Assembly: GCA_958296135.2 (NCBI GenBank)
Contig: CATQHZ020000001.1
Coordinates: 4,864,001-4,928,000 of the forward strand
DNA from: an uncultured Poribacteria bacterium
GTDB lineage: Bacteria > Poribacteria > WGA-4E > WGA-3G
Direction of reading: 5' to 3'
DNA length: 64,000 nt
Below, piece after piece: positions 8,981 to 18,752 of the stretch; the stretch's first letter is position 1; each line of letters begins with the position of its first letter. The notes below the pieces were generated by a model. It worked only from the letters and a program-made list of their open reading frames with translations. It did no database searches and was not told the origin of the DNA. The translations under genes were made by a program, and so were the position numbers.

Positions 8981-10076
8981 ACAGAAAGGCCGCATCGCAG
9001 ACACCGAATTTAATAGCATCGCAGACGCAGCCGTGCTCGAAAGCCTCAAACTGCAGGAAGCAAACGGCGTGGACATCGTCAGCGACGGTGAGCAACGCCG
9101 CGACAACTTTTATTCCTTCATCACCGATTCCATCGAAGGCATCCGGCTGATGACGCTGACGGAAATGCTCGATTACGTCGAGGATAAAGCCGCCTTTGAA
9201 CAGCTCCTCAACGCACTCGATGTTCCCGCGTTTGCGCTGAAAAATCCAGTGGTTGACGGGCTCGTGGTGCGCTTCGCGCCGTTCGCGTTGAACGACTACC
9301 TGTTCCTCAAGAAACACACGAAAAAACCGATCAAGGTTACGCTTCCCGGTCCCTATCTCCTAACCCGCTCAATGTGGGTAAAGCGGCTCTCCGCCCACAT
9401 CTACCCAGATAAGGAATCCCTTGGGAAAGATGTCGTCGCGGTGCTGCGGGAAGAGGTGAAGGCACTGCAAGAAGCAGGCTGTCAATTCATTCAGTTCGAT
9501 GAGCCAGTTTTGACAGAGGTTGCGTTCACGGGACCGCATGAAACGCACAGTTTTATGTGCGCCGCGCTCTCGGAGAAGAGCAGTCCGGAAGAGGAACTCG
9601 ATTTCGCAGTGGATTTAATCAATCGCGTCGTTGACGTATTGAATAGGAATAGGAACAAGAAAGTGAAGACCGCGGTGCATGTCTGCCGCGGCAATTGGAG
9701 TCAGGAAGAAGAGGTGCTGCTGCGCGGCTCCTATGATAGACTCATTCCCTATTTTAGCCGCATGAACGTCGATCAGTTCGTGTTGGAATACGCGACAGAA
9801 CGCGCCGGGAGCATCGATGTCCTCGGCGAACTGCCAGAGGACAAGGAAATCGGGCTCGGCGTTGTCGATCCCCGCACAACAGAGGTGGAATCGGTAGATT
9901 TCGTCTTAAACAAAGTCCGAGCACTGCTCAAGCATCGGAAGCCGGAGCAGATTTATCTGAACCCAGATTGCGGCTTCGGCACCTTCGCCGATCGCCCTGT
10001 CAACACAACAGACATCGCGGCGCGAAAACTGCAGGTTATCCATGAAGCCGCAGAGATATTGCGGGCGGAGGGATAA
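8898..10076 (+). CDS. Cobalamin-independent methionine synthase II family (catalytic domain only)
   Basis: VGSLPR, DGEQRR, IQFDEP, Zn ligands in HVCRGN, LEYA, NPDCGFG. Confidence 0.9.
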   Translation: MQNLPPFPVTVVGSLPRSRAVARALRNRQKGRIADTEFNSIADAAVLESLKLQEANGVDIVSDGEQRRDNFYSFITDSIEGIRLMTLTEMLDYVEDKAAFEQLLNALDVPAFALKNPVVDGLVVRFAPFALNDYLFLKKHTKKPIKVTLPGPYLLTRSMWVKRLSAHIYPDKESLGKDVVAVLREEVKALQEAGCQFIQFDEPVLTEVAFTGPHETHSFMCAALSEKSSPEEELDFAVDLINRVVDVLNRNRNKKVKTAVHVCRGNWSQEEEVLLRGSYDRLIPYFSRMNVDQFVLEYATERAGSIDVLGELPEDKEIGLGVVDPRTTEVESVDFVLNKVRALLKHRKPEQIYLNPDCGFGTFADRPVNTTDIAARKLQVIHEAAEILRAEG

Positions 10077-10080
10077 ATGC

Positions 10081-10175
10081 GTAACGGGCGGATAGAGACA
10101 TCCGCCCGTTACAGTACCCGACACGGCGAGGGGAACCCTCGGCGATTCGCGCTCGCCGGGTTTTCCCTCGCCCTA
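10081..10175. repeat. Two adjacent REP-like palindromes between convergent genes (possible terminator)
   Basis: gtaacgggcggatagagacatccgcccgttac, then a composite ggcgaggg...ccctcgccctac element. Confidence 0.7.
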
Positions 10176-10192
10176 CGGACTCGGATAATTTG

Positions 10193-11155
10193 CTACCGAT
10201 TTAACCACCCCGGCAACGAGACACCCTCAGACAATCTCCACGCGGTGAGGTAGAGCGAAGCAGTCCAGCGCACCGCCTCACGTGCCCGCTCATTCCCAAA
10301 ATCGACGAGCGCAGGCGTTGGATTCCGATAATTTTCCAGTGCATCTTCTAAGTCATAGACGTTATCCACGAGGCTATGTCCCTCTTGAATCTGCTGGAAG
10401 ATAGCCGGAAGCAACGCCTCTAATGGCGCAACCTGCTGCTCCATCGCCAGATCGGTAACCTTCAGCCCAAGCCGTTCAATCAGCGCATCAACGTTCTCAT
10501 GGATGCCCGTGCCCGGCGACGAACCGTCCGGCTTCGCGCGCCCGTTGAAATGGACTGTCAGGTGCAACGGCTGACACATATCCTGGGCATAATGCGCAAC
10601 AAACCCCGCATAGACAAGACATTTGCTCTGAATTATGGGATTGTCCGGCCATTTGCGATGCTCCTGGAAGGCGATGGCGAGACGTTCCGTCCACTCTGCC
10701 AACGCATACGGTAGCGTCCCGACGCTGTGGTATGACGTTCCGAGTTTAGCACACAGCCGGATATGCTCCCCAAGGTTATCGGCGAACGGCCTGCCTTGCA
10801 GCAACTCCACGTCGAAATAGTGTTGTGGGGACTCCGCAGCACGGGCATTCGGCGCGCTACGGTTCCTCGCAAGATCCGGGTCATAGACACCGTGCGCAAT
10901 GGCTTTTTCGGCGAAGGCTGCACGGAAAAATTCGGGCACCTCTTCCGGCAGGGCTTTCACCGATGCCTGCGTGAGGATGTCGTGTCCACCGCCCCACCAA
11001 GCCCACGCAGGCGCAGTGAACGTGAGTAGGAATAGACATAAAATGGAGAACGTAGCATGGCGAGGAACAGGCCCTCGCCCTACAGCTAACGCGGAGTTCT
11101 CTACGGCATCGCGAGGGACAGGCCCCCGCCCTAAGGTATGATGGAAATGCTTCAT
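10193..11155 (-). CDS. S1/P1 nuclease / Zn-dependent phospholipase C family secreted protein
   Basis: Signal peptide then W-W-G-G-G-H, HYFD, HYAQDMCQPLH, GIHENVD Zn ligands. Confidence 0.8.
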   Translation of the reverse strand: MKHFHHTLGRGPVPRDAVENSALAVGRGPVPRHATFSILCLFLLTFTAPAWAWWGGGHDILTQASVKALPEEVPEFFRAAFAEKAIAHGVYDPDLARNRSAPNARAAESPQHYFDVELLQGRPFADNLGEHIRLCAKLGTSYHSVGTLPYALAEWTERLAIAFQEHRKWPDNPIIQSKCLVYAGFVAHYAQDMCQPLHLTVHFNGRAKPDGSSPGTGIHENVDALIERLGLKVTDLAMEQQVAPLEALLPAIFQQIQEGHSLVDNVYDLEDALENYRNPTPALVDFGNERAREAVRWTASLYLTAWRLSEGVSLPGWLNR

Positions 11156-11170
11156 AAGTCTCCTCTGTCT

Positions 11171-12157
11171 TTATAGACTCAGGTATGCGGCGGAATTCGC
11201 TTCCTGCCACAGAAATTGGAGCGCCGCAGTCTCATGCGGCTTGAACGATTCGGCGACGGTGTCCACCACAGGGCCGACTATCTCAATCTTGTCCAGATCC
11301 GCGATGCCGTAGCCCATCTCGTTCGCATAGTGGAACAGCCCGATATCCAGCGGTTCAAACCCCATCGCCTTCGCGGTGACAGCATCCGCAGCGAACACGT
11401 CGGCACTCGCAACGGCGATGCCCAAGGGAACAGAATCGGTGCCGCCGGGGCCATTCCCTTGCAACCCAACCGTGCCATCAACGATAGCAATATCCGGCCG
11501 CAAGGGACGTGATAGCCGAAGCAGATTCATATTGAGCGTCTGCGCCTCGCGCGGCAGCACCCGGTCTGCATGGCTATGATACCCGTGCACCTTAATCCGG
11601 TCTGCCTTGTGCAGCGTCCCCATAATCATGTTCTTCATCGCGAGCGTCACCACGCCAGCATCGTGCGTTTTGGCAATCGCCACCGAAATCGTGCAGGGAC
11701 AATCCAACACCAGTTTCGGCATCCGGACGGTATCGGTTTCTCGGCCAGCAAGCAACACCTCCGCCTCTTCCCACTCAGTCTCCTCATGCAAATCGACGAG
11801 GCGGATGGGAATGTCATATTCCGCCTGCAGTGCCTCATAACCGAAGACCTGGAATGCTTCACCAGAGAATTTCTCATTCGCACCCTCGGCGATGATAACC
11901 TCGGTCGGTGGGCTCGGTGTGCTGAGCAAAAAATCCAACGCACCGCGTATCGCATCCACATGCGACGAGGCGAGCTGATTCGTGCTCGAGAGGAAATTCG
12001 GTTTCAACAGCACCCGCTCACGAACGCTCGGCGTGAGTGCCTCTCGGATATTGTCCATCGCCTCAAAAACGTTAGAACGTCGTCTGCCGGTTTTGGCAAG
12101 TCCGACTTTTGTAGGTTTCATAAGGTAGCTCCTTGATAGGCGGATCTGACTTTTCAT
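11171..12157 (-). CDS. DUF362 domain protein
   Basis: VLLKPN, AKTH...TLAMKN, IVDG...GNGP, SADVFAAD. Confidence 0.85.
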   Translation of the reverse strand: MKSQIRLSRSYLMKPTKVGLAKTGRRRSNVFEAMDNIREALTPSVRERVLLKPNFLSSTNQLASSHVDAIRGALDFLLSTPSPPTEVIIAEGANEKFSGEAFQVFGYEALQAEYDIPIRLVDLHEETEWEEAEVLLAGRETDTVRMPKLVLDCPCTISVAIAKTHDAGVVTLAMKNMIMGTLHKADRIKVHGYHSHADRVLPREAQTLNMNLLRLSRPLRPDIAIVDGTVGLQGNGPGGTDSVPLGIAVASADVFAADAVTAKAMGFEPLDIGLFHYANEMGYGIADLDKIEIVGPVVDTVAESFKPHETAALQFLWQEANSAAYLSL

Positions 12158-12220
12158 AAGCCCGGCCGCCCTTTACCATATCGGGAAAACGGGCAGATAG
12201 AGACATCCGCCCTTACAATA

Positions 12221-13102
12221 CTACTCTGCTAAAATAGGGCGCAGAAACCCATCATGTTTGTCTAATAACGCGATGGCATCGGTTGCATTGAGCCCCTTCG
12301 CCAACATCGCAATGGCCACTTTTGCCTTGCCATCCGCCGCCGCTAAAGCAGCTTCGGCGCGTGTCGCATCAACACCCGTGACTTCCTGAACAATGCGGAT
12401 GCTCCTGTCTACCAGTTTGGCATTGGACGCATGCACATCTACCATGAGGTTGTCATAAACCTTGCCGATTTTCACCATTGAAATCGTCGTCAACCTGTTC
12501 AAAACGAGTTTTGTCGCGGTGCCGGCTTTCAACCGGGTAGAGCCGGTCAGAATTTCCGGTCCCACCATTGGCGCAATAAAATGAGTGACAAAAGCCTTCA
12601 AAGCGTCTGGCGGTGAGACACAACAGAGGCATATCGTCGTCGCGCCGATGGCGCGCGCTTCCTTTAAAGCCCCAATGACATAAGGCGTGCGCCCGCTACT
12701 CGCGATGCCTATCAACACATCTCGCGGCGTAAGCTGCCGCTCTCGGATGGCTGCTGCACCGCGTTCCGGTTTATCCTCTTCGCCTTCCACGGCGCGGCGT
12801 AAGGCGACATCGCCGCCAGCGATAAGTCCCTGCACCCTCTCCGAATCTGTGCTGAAAGTTGGTGGGCATTCGGATGCATCCAGCACGCCGAGTCGCCCGC
12901 TTGTTCCTGCACCGATGTAAAAGAGCCGTCCGCCGTGCCGAAAGGCGGATACGATTATTTCAACTGCTTGTGCAATTGCCTCAGATTCAGCCTCTACCGC
13001 GGCGACAGCTTTCCGGTCCTCCTCGTTAAAAAGTCGAACGATTTCTTGCGTTGACTTCAGGTCAAGGGCTGCTGAGTTCGGGTTACGTTGTTCTGTAAGC
13101 AT
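12221..13102 (-). CDS. murQ: N-acetylmuramic acid 6-phosphate etherase
   Basis: TEQRNP, GAGTSGRLGVLDASECPPTF, GPEILTGSTRLKAGTATK. Confidence 0.95.
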   Translation of the reverse strand: MLTEQRNPNSAALDLKSTQEIVRLFNEEDRKAVAAVEAESEAIAQAVEIIVSAFRHGGRLFYIGAGTSGRLGVLDASECPPTFSTDSERVQGLIAGGDVALRRAVEGEEDKPERGAAAIRERQLTPRDVLIGIASSGRTPYVIGALKEARAIGATTICLCCVSPPDALKAFVTHFIAPMVGPEILTGSTRLKAGTATKLVLNRLTTISMVKIGKVYDNLMVDVHASNAKLVDRSIRIVQEVTGVDATRAEAALAAADGKAKVAIAMLAKGLNATDAIALLDKHDGFLRPILAE

Positions 13103-13995
13103 TAGATGATTCGCTGCTGTGCTAACAACACCGCGCCATACGCCGGTTCGTGTTCCGGGAGCATCACGGGGACTGCCAGCAGACCGCGGAGTTCTTCAAC
13201 AAACAGCTGTTGATGCACCAGATTCCCACCACTGAGAACGATATGAGGCTGTTCCATGAATCTTAACCGTTTCATCACCACCGCCGCCGCGCAGGCGAGT
13301 TCATCTGCCGAGACGGTGACAATCTGTCTGGCACACCTGTCTCCTGTTTCCGCCGCGCTGAATACAATTTCGGCGAGTTGCGCGATAACGTCTCGGCCCG
13401 CCGCATGCACCCAGCGGATGAGTTCACTTGGTGCATCCAAACCAAGTTTTTCAAGAACCAGAGCTGTTAATGCCGTCGGTTCGGCTCTGCCATCGGCGGC
13501 GCGTGCGACAGCTTGCAGCCCTTTCAAAGCGATGTCGTAACCGCTGCCCTCATCGCCGAGGAGGTATCCCCAGCCGCCGGCGCGTGCCTCTTCGCCCTGC
13601 GCGTTGATGCCGTAGACGATGGAGCCGGTGCCGGAGATGATAATTATCCCTTCCGGCTTCCCGATGCCGCCGACAAGGGCGATATGTGCATCGTGCGTGA
13701 GGACGCGGTTTTTTCCTAGTCCTAACGCATCACAAATTCGCCCGATGACACCCCGGTCCTCGGCGCGTCCTAAGCCTGCCATTCCTAAACAGAACGCGGT
13801 GTCGCTTGTCAACGGCAAACCAGCCTGATCAAAAAGGTTTGTGATCACCTCCGCCAAAACCTCCCGCGTCTTTTCTTCGCCGACGACGTGATAATTTGAA
13901 GGCCCGGCATCGGCGCGTGCGATGCGTTCGCCGGTTTCTGTCGTTAGGATGCCGACTGTTTTCGTGCCGCCGCCATCAATTCCGATGATGTGCAT
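13102..13995 (-). CDS. BadF/BadG family N-acetylglucosamine/MurNAc kinase
   Basis: IGIDGGGTKT, SGTGS, GGWGYLLGDEGSG; coupled to murQ. Confidence 0.9.
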   Translation of the reverse strand: MHIIGIDGGGTKTVGILTTETGERIARADAGPSNYHVVGEEKTREVLAEVITNLFDQAGLPLTSDTAFCLGMAGLGRAEDRGVIGRICDALGLGKNRVLTHDAHIALVGGIGKPEGIIIISGTGSIVYGINAQGEEARAGGWGYLLGDEGSGYDIALKGLQAVARAADGRAEPTALTALVLEKLGLDAPSELIRWVHAAGRDVIAQLAEIVFSAAETGDRCARQIVTVSADELACAAAVVMKRLRFMEQPHIVLSGGNLVHQQLFVEELRGLLAVPVMLPEHEPAYGAVLLAQQRII

Positions 13996-14164
13996 GATGT
14001 ATCCGAATCTGCCTCATGTACTCGTCATGCTTCCCAATCCAAAACCAGGATAAGCCCGCTTCAGCAGTCCGAGCCATCCCGCTCCTGAATCTTCGCTGTA
14101 TGAACCTGCGCCATTCGTTTATTGTACCGTTTAACAGACGCTTTGTCAAACAAATGGAAACCGC

Positions 14165-14194
14165 TTGACAATTTATTGCACTTTCTGCTATCAT
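14165..14194 (+). promoter_or_regulatory. Putative sigma70 promoter
   Basis: TTGACA-N18-TATCAT with TG. Confidence 0.5.
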
Positions 14195-14220
14195 GTAGTT
14201 TATCATGACATCCGAATATA

Positions 14221-15219
14221 ATGCAATCCAATTTGTGGAGGCACAGCGAAATGGCGAAATTCAAAACAGGCTTTCAAACGAAAATCGTGCGCAAGCAATC
14301 GTTCCGGCTCGCATGCATCATTTTCTGCGGTAGCCTTGCGTTCTTAGGTTGCTCCGAAGATGCGGCGCAATTTGAGTGGAAACAACTCAAGAGCGGCACG
14401 GAAGCACATCTCTACGGGGTGCACTTCATCGATGCGAAGCGCGGATGGGCAGTCGGCACGGAAGGCGTTGTCTTGTCCACCAAGAACGGCGGGACGAGTT
14501 GGGCATCCACCTCCATTGCGAAAAGCGCGTTGACGCAGGTGCATTTCACAACGCCGAACAACGGCTGGATTGTTAGCATCGGAACGGTGCTTTATACCGG
14601 TAGCGGCGGCATCTCGTGGAGTGCACAAGGCGTGAACACAAAGAGTGGCCTTTTAGATTTGTATTTCGTCAGCACCACAGAGGGATGGGCAGTCGGTGGA
14701 AAAGGCACAATCCTCCATACGGAAAACGGCGGCCTCCGATGGGAACATCAGCGGCGTTCTTCTGAAAACCACCTGTGGGGTATCCATTTTGTCGATAACC
14801 TGCACGGATGGAGTGTCGGCGAAGAAGGAGAAGTGCTTCATACACAAAACGGCGGTAAACAGTGGATACCCCAACAAAGTGGTGTCGAGCAGCCGCTCTT
14901 CGCTGTCCATTTCGCAAACCTAACGCACGGCTGGATAGTCGGAACAAACGGGCTCATCCTCCAGACATCCAACGGTGGACAGACGTGGCATCAGCAGAAA
15001 AACCCTGTGAAACAGAACCTGCGCGATGTGGCATTTCACAATGAGACAGAGGGATGGGCAGTCGGCGAGAAGGGGCTCATCTTGCACACCACTGACGGTG
15101 GCACGACGTGGAGCCGTTATCCTTCGCCGGCACAATATAATTTGCAGAACATCTATTTCTTGAAAAATGCGGGGTGGATTGTCGGCGCGAACGGGACTAT
15201 GCTGCGGCGTTATTATTGA
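14221..15219 (+). CDS. YCF48-like/BNR-repeat beta-propeller lipoprotein
   Basis: Seven F....GW.VG..G.ILHT.NGG..W repeats; lipobox FLGC; start may be 14251. Confidence 0.9.
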   Translation: MQSNLWRHSEMAKFKTGFQTKIVRKQSFRLACIIFCGSLAFLGCSEDAAQFEWKQLKSGTEAHLYGVHFIDAKRGWAVGTEGVVLSTKNGGTSWASTSIAKSALTQVHFTTPNNGWIVSIGTVLYTGSGGISWSAQGVNTKSGLLDLYFVSTTEGWAVGGKGTILHTENGGLRWEHQRRSSENHLWGIHFVDNLHGWSVGEEGEVLHTQNGGKQWIPQQSGVEQPLFAVHFANLTHGWIVGTNGLILQTSNGGQTWHQQKNPVKQNLRDVAFHNETEGWAVGEKGLILHTTDGGTTWSRYPSPAQYNLQNIYFLKNAGWIVGANGTMLRRYY

Positions 15220-15278
15220 AACGAAATGGCACTTCTATGACGAAAAAAAGATTTGACTTTCGTTTCCTTTCAACGATG

Positions 15279-16100
15279 TCAGTGCCGTCTCCGAGGGCGA
15301 TGCGGACGTTTGCCTCGCGTTTTTTCACCCGCCGAGCCAGGGCGATGCACGGGCACACGTTTTTTCACGCCAGCCGAACGCAATGCCGTTCTCTTATCGG
15401 CCCGCGTCACGACACCTTTGAGCCCCGTATTCATCTCAAGGCGACTTGTGATACCGTCGGCGGCAACCCACACACGTGACGAATGCTGCTTCCTCTTCCG
15501 CTTCGCAACAGCTTGAACGACATCAAAGACTCGGAGCAGGCCCGCCTGTGCCAAATCGCCACCGCTCTCCTCCATCACAAAATGAAGCTCGGTTTTGACA
15601 GGCACAAGCGATGTCACCTCAAAGATGTGATAGTGCTGTTTCTCGCCGATATCCAGGGGATGCCGGCTGAGCAACTCGCTTATCCCTGTTGGCAGACAAA
15701 GCGAAAGCAAATCGGACGGCACGGCGACTTCACAGGAAGTCGTTTCGTTGGGCGAACCAGTCTTCCGCCGAGTCCCCCGCGCCGATGTGGTTTGCTTGAC
15801 ATGCGCAACGCCTTCCCTAACGTCCACTTCTATCTCCTCAAACACGTTTTGCTTCGTCTCCGTTTTGAGCGAGTGGCGCAATGTTAAATCCAAACCGGTG
15901 TACTCAACGTGGGTGACTTCACGGTTCACACCCGCTGTACTGACGGTAGCAGGCACCTGAAGGCGAACTACCCAATCGGTTTGACTCCGAATTGCAGCCT
16001 CACCTTGGTAATCCACCCGGTCAGCGACAGCATAGATATATCCGGCGGGGATTCCCATTATCGTGAGGGTATACCAATGTTCCTGAGGGTATTGTAGCAT
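15279..16100 (-). CDS. Hypothetical protein, possibly truncated
   Basis: Long ORF with protein-like core (EHWYTLTIMGIPAGY); basic low-complexity tail; start chosen at ATG 16100. Confidence 0.45.
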   Translation of the reverse strand: MLQYPQEHWYTLTIMGIPAGYIYAVADRVDYQGEAAIRSQTDWVVRLQVPATVSTAGVNREVTHVEYTGLDLTLRHSLKTETKQNVFEEIEVDVREGVAHVKQTTSARGTRRKTGSPNETTSCEVAVPSDLLSLCLPTGISELLSRHPLDIGEKQHYHIFEVTSLVPVKTELHFVMEESGGDLAQAGLLRVFDVVQAVAKRKRKQHSSRVWVAADGITSRLEMNTGLKGVVTRADKRTALRSAGVKKRVPVHRPGSAGEKTRGKRPHRPRRRH

Positions 16101-16248
16101 GGTTTTGTCGCTCTCAGTTGCGTTGTTCAAGTGTCGTTCGGGCGAGCCCAAGCCCGAATAGGACAAACTCAGATGAAGATGAAGAAAATAAATAGGTAAT
16201 TTTCTGCGATGGATACGGGCGGATATAGAAATCCGCCCTGACAACGCC

Positions 16249-17304
16249 CTATTCAGTGCTGCGCGGGAGGGAGATAGAATTCGGGACGACGATTTCGCCT
16301 GAAATAATCTGCGCCTTCAACGCTTCAACGGTGGTTAAAATCTCGTCGGATAGCACGGGTTGGTTGTGTTCATCAACAGCATAGTCAACGCCGCCCTCGG
16401 CGACACCGAAGTATCGCACGCCCATCATCAGATTGCCTTCGGTGGCTTCACGGAGAACGCCGAACACCGAATCGCCAATTTGCTTCACCATGCTCGTCAA
16501 GACGAAGCCGGGGATGAGATGGTTGCCGTTGGAATCCACCCAAATCACATATTTTTCCGCACTCTTGGCGGCTCCAATAACACCCATCCCCGCACCGCCG
16601 GCAACAGCGTAAATGACATCAACGCCGTTTGCGTATTGGGCTAACGCCAACTCTTGCGCTTTGTCGGGCTGCCTGAACCCATCTGCCTCGAGGCTGATGT
16701 ATTCTATCGAAAGCGCGGCTTCGGGATTGACGGCCTGCACACCGGCGACGTAGCCAGCCTCAAATCCATGCAGTAACGGCACATCCGCGCCGCCGACATA
16801 GCCGATTTTCCCAGTCTCCGACTTTAACGCCGCAATAGCCCCAACGAGAAAAGAGCCTTCGTTTGCCTTATAGTTAATGGCAGCGACATTCGGTTCCTCC
16901 AGCACAACGTCGACAATCGCGAAGTGCACCTCGGGGAATTCCGGGGCCACGCGCGCGAGGGGCTCACCGGTTTGGTAGCCCGCCGTTAACACCATGTCCG
17001 AACTTTGCGCGGCTTCACGCAACTGCGCATCTAACAAGGAATCATCGTCATCCATTCCAAACACCTCGGTGAGCTGAATGCCGAGCTCCGCCTCGGCGCG
17101 CTTGGCACCACTCTGGATACTGTCGCAGTAAGAACCGTCGCCAATGCAATCGCCCGGATAAAGGACAGTCACGCGCAGCGGCGCGGTATCTGACTCGGTT
17201 GGCAACTCAGTGACGATAGTCTTCTGAATGGAGTCACACCCACAGATTAACAGGAGCGCTAACCCCAGAAAGAGGTATGTTCTGAAGATACAAAAAATTT
17301 TCAC
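16249..17304 (-). CDS. BMP family ABC substrate-binding lipoprotein
   Basis: EGSFLVGAIAA, KIGYVGG, FEAGYVAGV, DVIYAVAG; GTG 17304 behind AAGGAG. Confidence 0.9.
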   Translation of the reverse strand: MKIFCIFRTYLFLGLALLLICGCDSIQKTIVTELPTESDTAPLRVTVLYPGDCIGDGSYCDSIQSGAKRAEAELGIQLTEVFGMDDDDSLLDAQLREAAQSSDMVLTAGYQTGEPLARVAPEFPEVHFAIVDVVLEEPNVAAINYKANEGSFLVGAIAALKSETGKIGYVGGADVPLLHGFEAGYVAGVQAVNPEAALSIEYISLEADGFRQPDKAQELALAQYANGVDVIYAVAGGAGMGVIGAAKSAEKYVIWVDSNGNHLIPGFVLTSMVKQIGDSVFGVLREATEGNLMMGVRYFGVAEGGVDYAVDEHNQPVLSDEILTTVEALKAQIISGEIVVPNSISLPRSTE

Positions 17305-17424
17305 AATTTCTCCTTTCGCGACCGGCAGGTCGCGCTTACCATTTTTCAGGTAGCACCCATCTCTGCCGATTAAAATCAGGCGACTTTGAACAGCAGGGAC
17401 GAGATGCCTCAACGTAATTCGAGA

Positions 17425-17826
17425 TTACAAGGCTTTCCATACCTTGTCCAGCCATACGGAGAAGGTGATGAGAAGCCCACCGATGAGAACCACATTTCGG
17501 ATGCGGCGGGAACATTGGTGCCACGTCCGCCTTAACCACGTCGGAAAAAACGCCTGAACGAGTGCAAGGCCGACGAGGAAGAAAGAGAACGGATGATACT
17601 GCCACGCAGCGGCAAACTCCCCTTGCGTTAGCGAGAGGCATGCACGTGTCATGCCACATCCAGGACAAGGAATGGCTGTTAGCGCGTGAAACGGGCAAGG
17701 GACAAACGACAACTCTGCCGGTGAAACGCCCCGCAAGGCAACGAAGAATCCCACAGCGGCTAAGCCAATGAGGAACAAGCGTGCGAGATGGATGTCGTTC
17801 ATACAAGCCGGGCGAAACCGTAACAT
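17425..17826 (-). CDS. DUF2752 membrane protein
   Basis: CPFHALTAIPCPGCGMTRA motif. Confidence 0.85.
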   Translation of the reverse strand: MLRFRPACMNDIHLARLFLIGLAAVGFFVALRGVSPAELSFVPCPFHALTAIPCPGCGMTRACLSLTQGEFAAAWQYHPFSFFLVGLALVQAFFPTWLRRTWHQCSRRIRNVVLIGGLLITFSVWLDKVWKAL

Positions 17827-18200
17827 TATATGCCCTTATAGAGCTTGTTAATCTGCTCTTGCTGGATTGCGATTGAGGCGATGCCCAACCCAAAAATCGC
17901 TAGCAACACACAGACAGCCGGCAAACTCGCATTTACCCACATCCCGTTGTTCGCGCGAACCTCGTTGAGGCCATTCGCCATCTTGGACTCGTAGTAGAGC
18001 GCGTAGATGCCGACGGTGAAAATCGAGAAGAAGAACCACTTCCAAAAGGAAAACTCGTCTCTTCCCAACCACGCATTGAGCATCTTTATCTGTTTGCTTT
18101 GCCAATAGAGCATATAAATACCGCAAGTCATCAGCGTCAGCAAAATGCCAACCCCGATACTCCGCACCGCGGCGGACTCTGGATAAGGATAATCCTGCAT
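17826..18200 (-). CDS. DUF4234 membrane protein
   Basis: RSIGVGILLTLMTCGIYMLYW, IQQEQIN. Confidence 0.8.
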   Translation of the reverse strand: MQDYPYPESAAVRSIGVGILLTLMTCGIYMLYWQSKQIKMLNAWLGRDEFSFWKWFFFSIFTVGIYALYYESKMANGLNEVRANNGMWVNASLPAVCVLLAIFGLGIASIAIQQEQINKLYKGI

Positions 18201-18247
18201 GACAATCTCCTTTCATATCATCGCGCCCTGAGAAAAATCAGCGCGAT

Positions 18248-18523
18248 TCAAGTGAAATATTTCCGAACCCGGTGCCAGCGCAACTGCCACAGCAATTGTC
18301 GCCGCCCGATACGATGGACAAAAAGCCGCTTCCCATCCATCTTAAGGACCGGAATCAGATTTTTATATTGCGTAAACAACCCAAGATTCCGGGTGATGTC
18401 AATCTCTTCAACCTCAAACCTCGGTGCCTTCGCCACGAGGCCTTGCAGCACTGATGTTGCTTCATCACACAGCGGGCAATCCGGTTTTGTGTAGAATTGG
18501 AGTTGGATTGGTTCCATCTTCAT
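18248..18523 (-). CDS. Glutaredoxin-like protein (DUF836)
   Basis: YTKPDCPLCD, IDI, IPVL. Confidence 0.85.
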   Translation of the reverse strand: MKMEPIQLQFYTKPDCPLCDEATSVLQGLVAKAPRFEVEEIDITRNLGLFTQYKNLIPVLKMDGKRLFVHRIGRRQLLWQLRWHRVRKYFT

Positions 18524-18600
18524 GCTTTCAGTATCGCTAGGTTTCTGATTTGACTTTGCCTTTTATCTTAACATAAATCTATAAATTAATCAAACTTTTT

Positions 18601-18720
18601 CATTGACGTAATTTTTTTGGAACTTTTTGTGACTTATGGTGTATAATATTTTCGTAAGTTCATTGACGTAATTTTTTTGGAACTTTTTGTGACTTATGGT
18701 GTATAATATCTTCGTAAGTT
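18601..18720 (+). repeat. 60-bp tandem duplication containing promoter-like motifs
   Basis: Two copies with one mismatch, each with GGAACTTTT and TATAAT. Confidence 0.95.
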
Positions 18721-18752
18721 CAATATCCCTTCTCTTTGAGGTTTGTGGAGCA

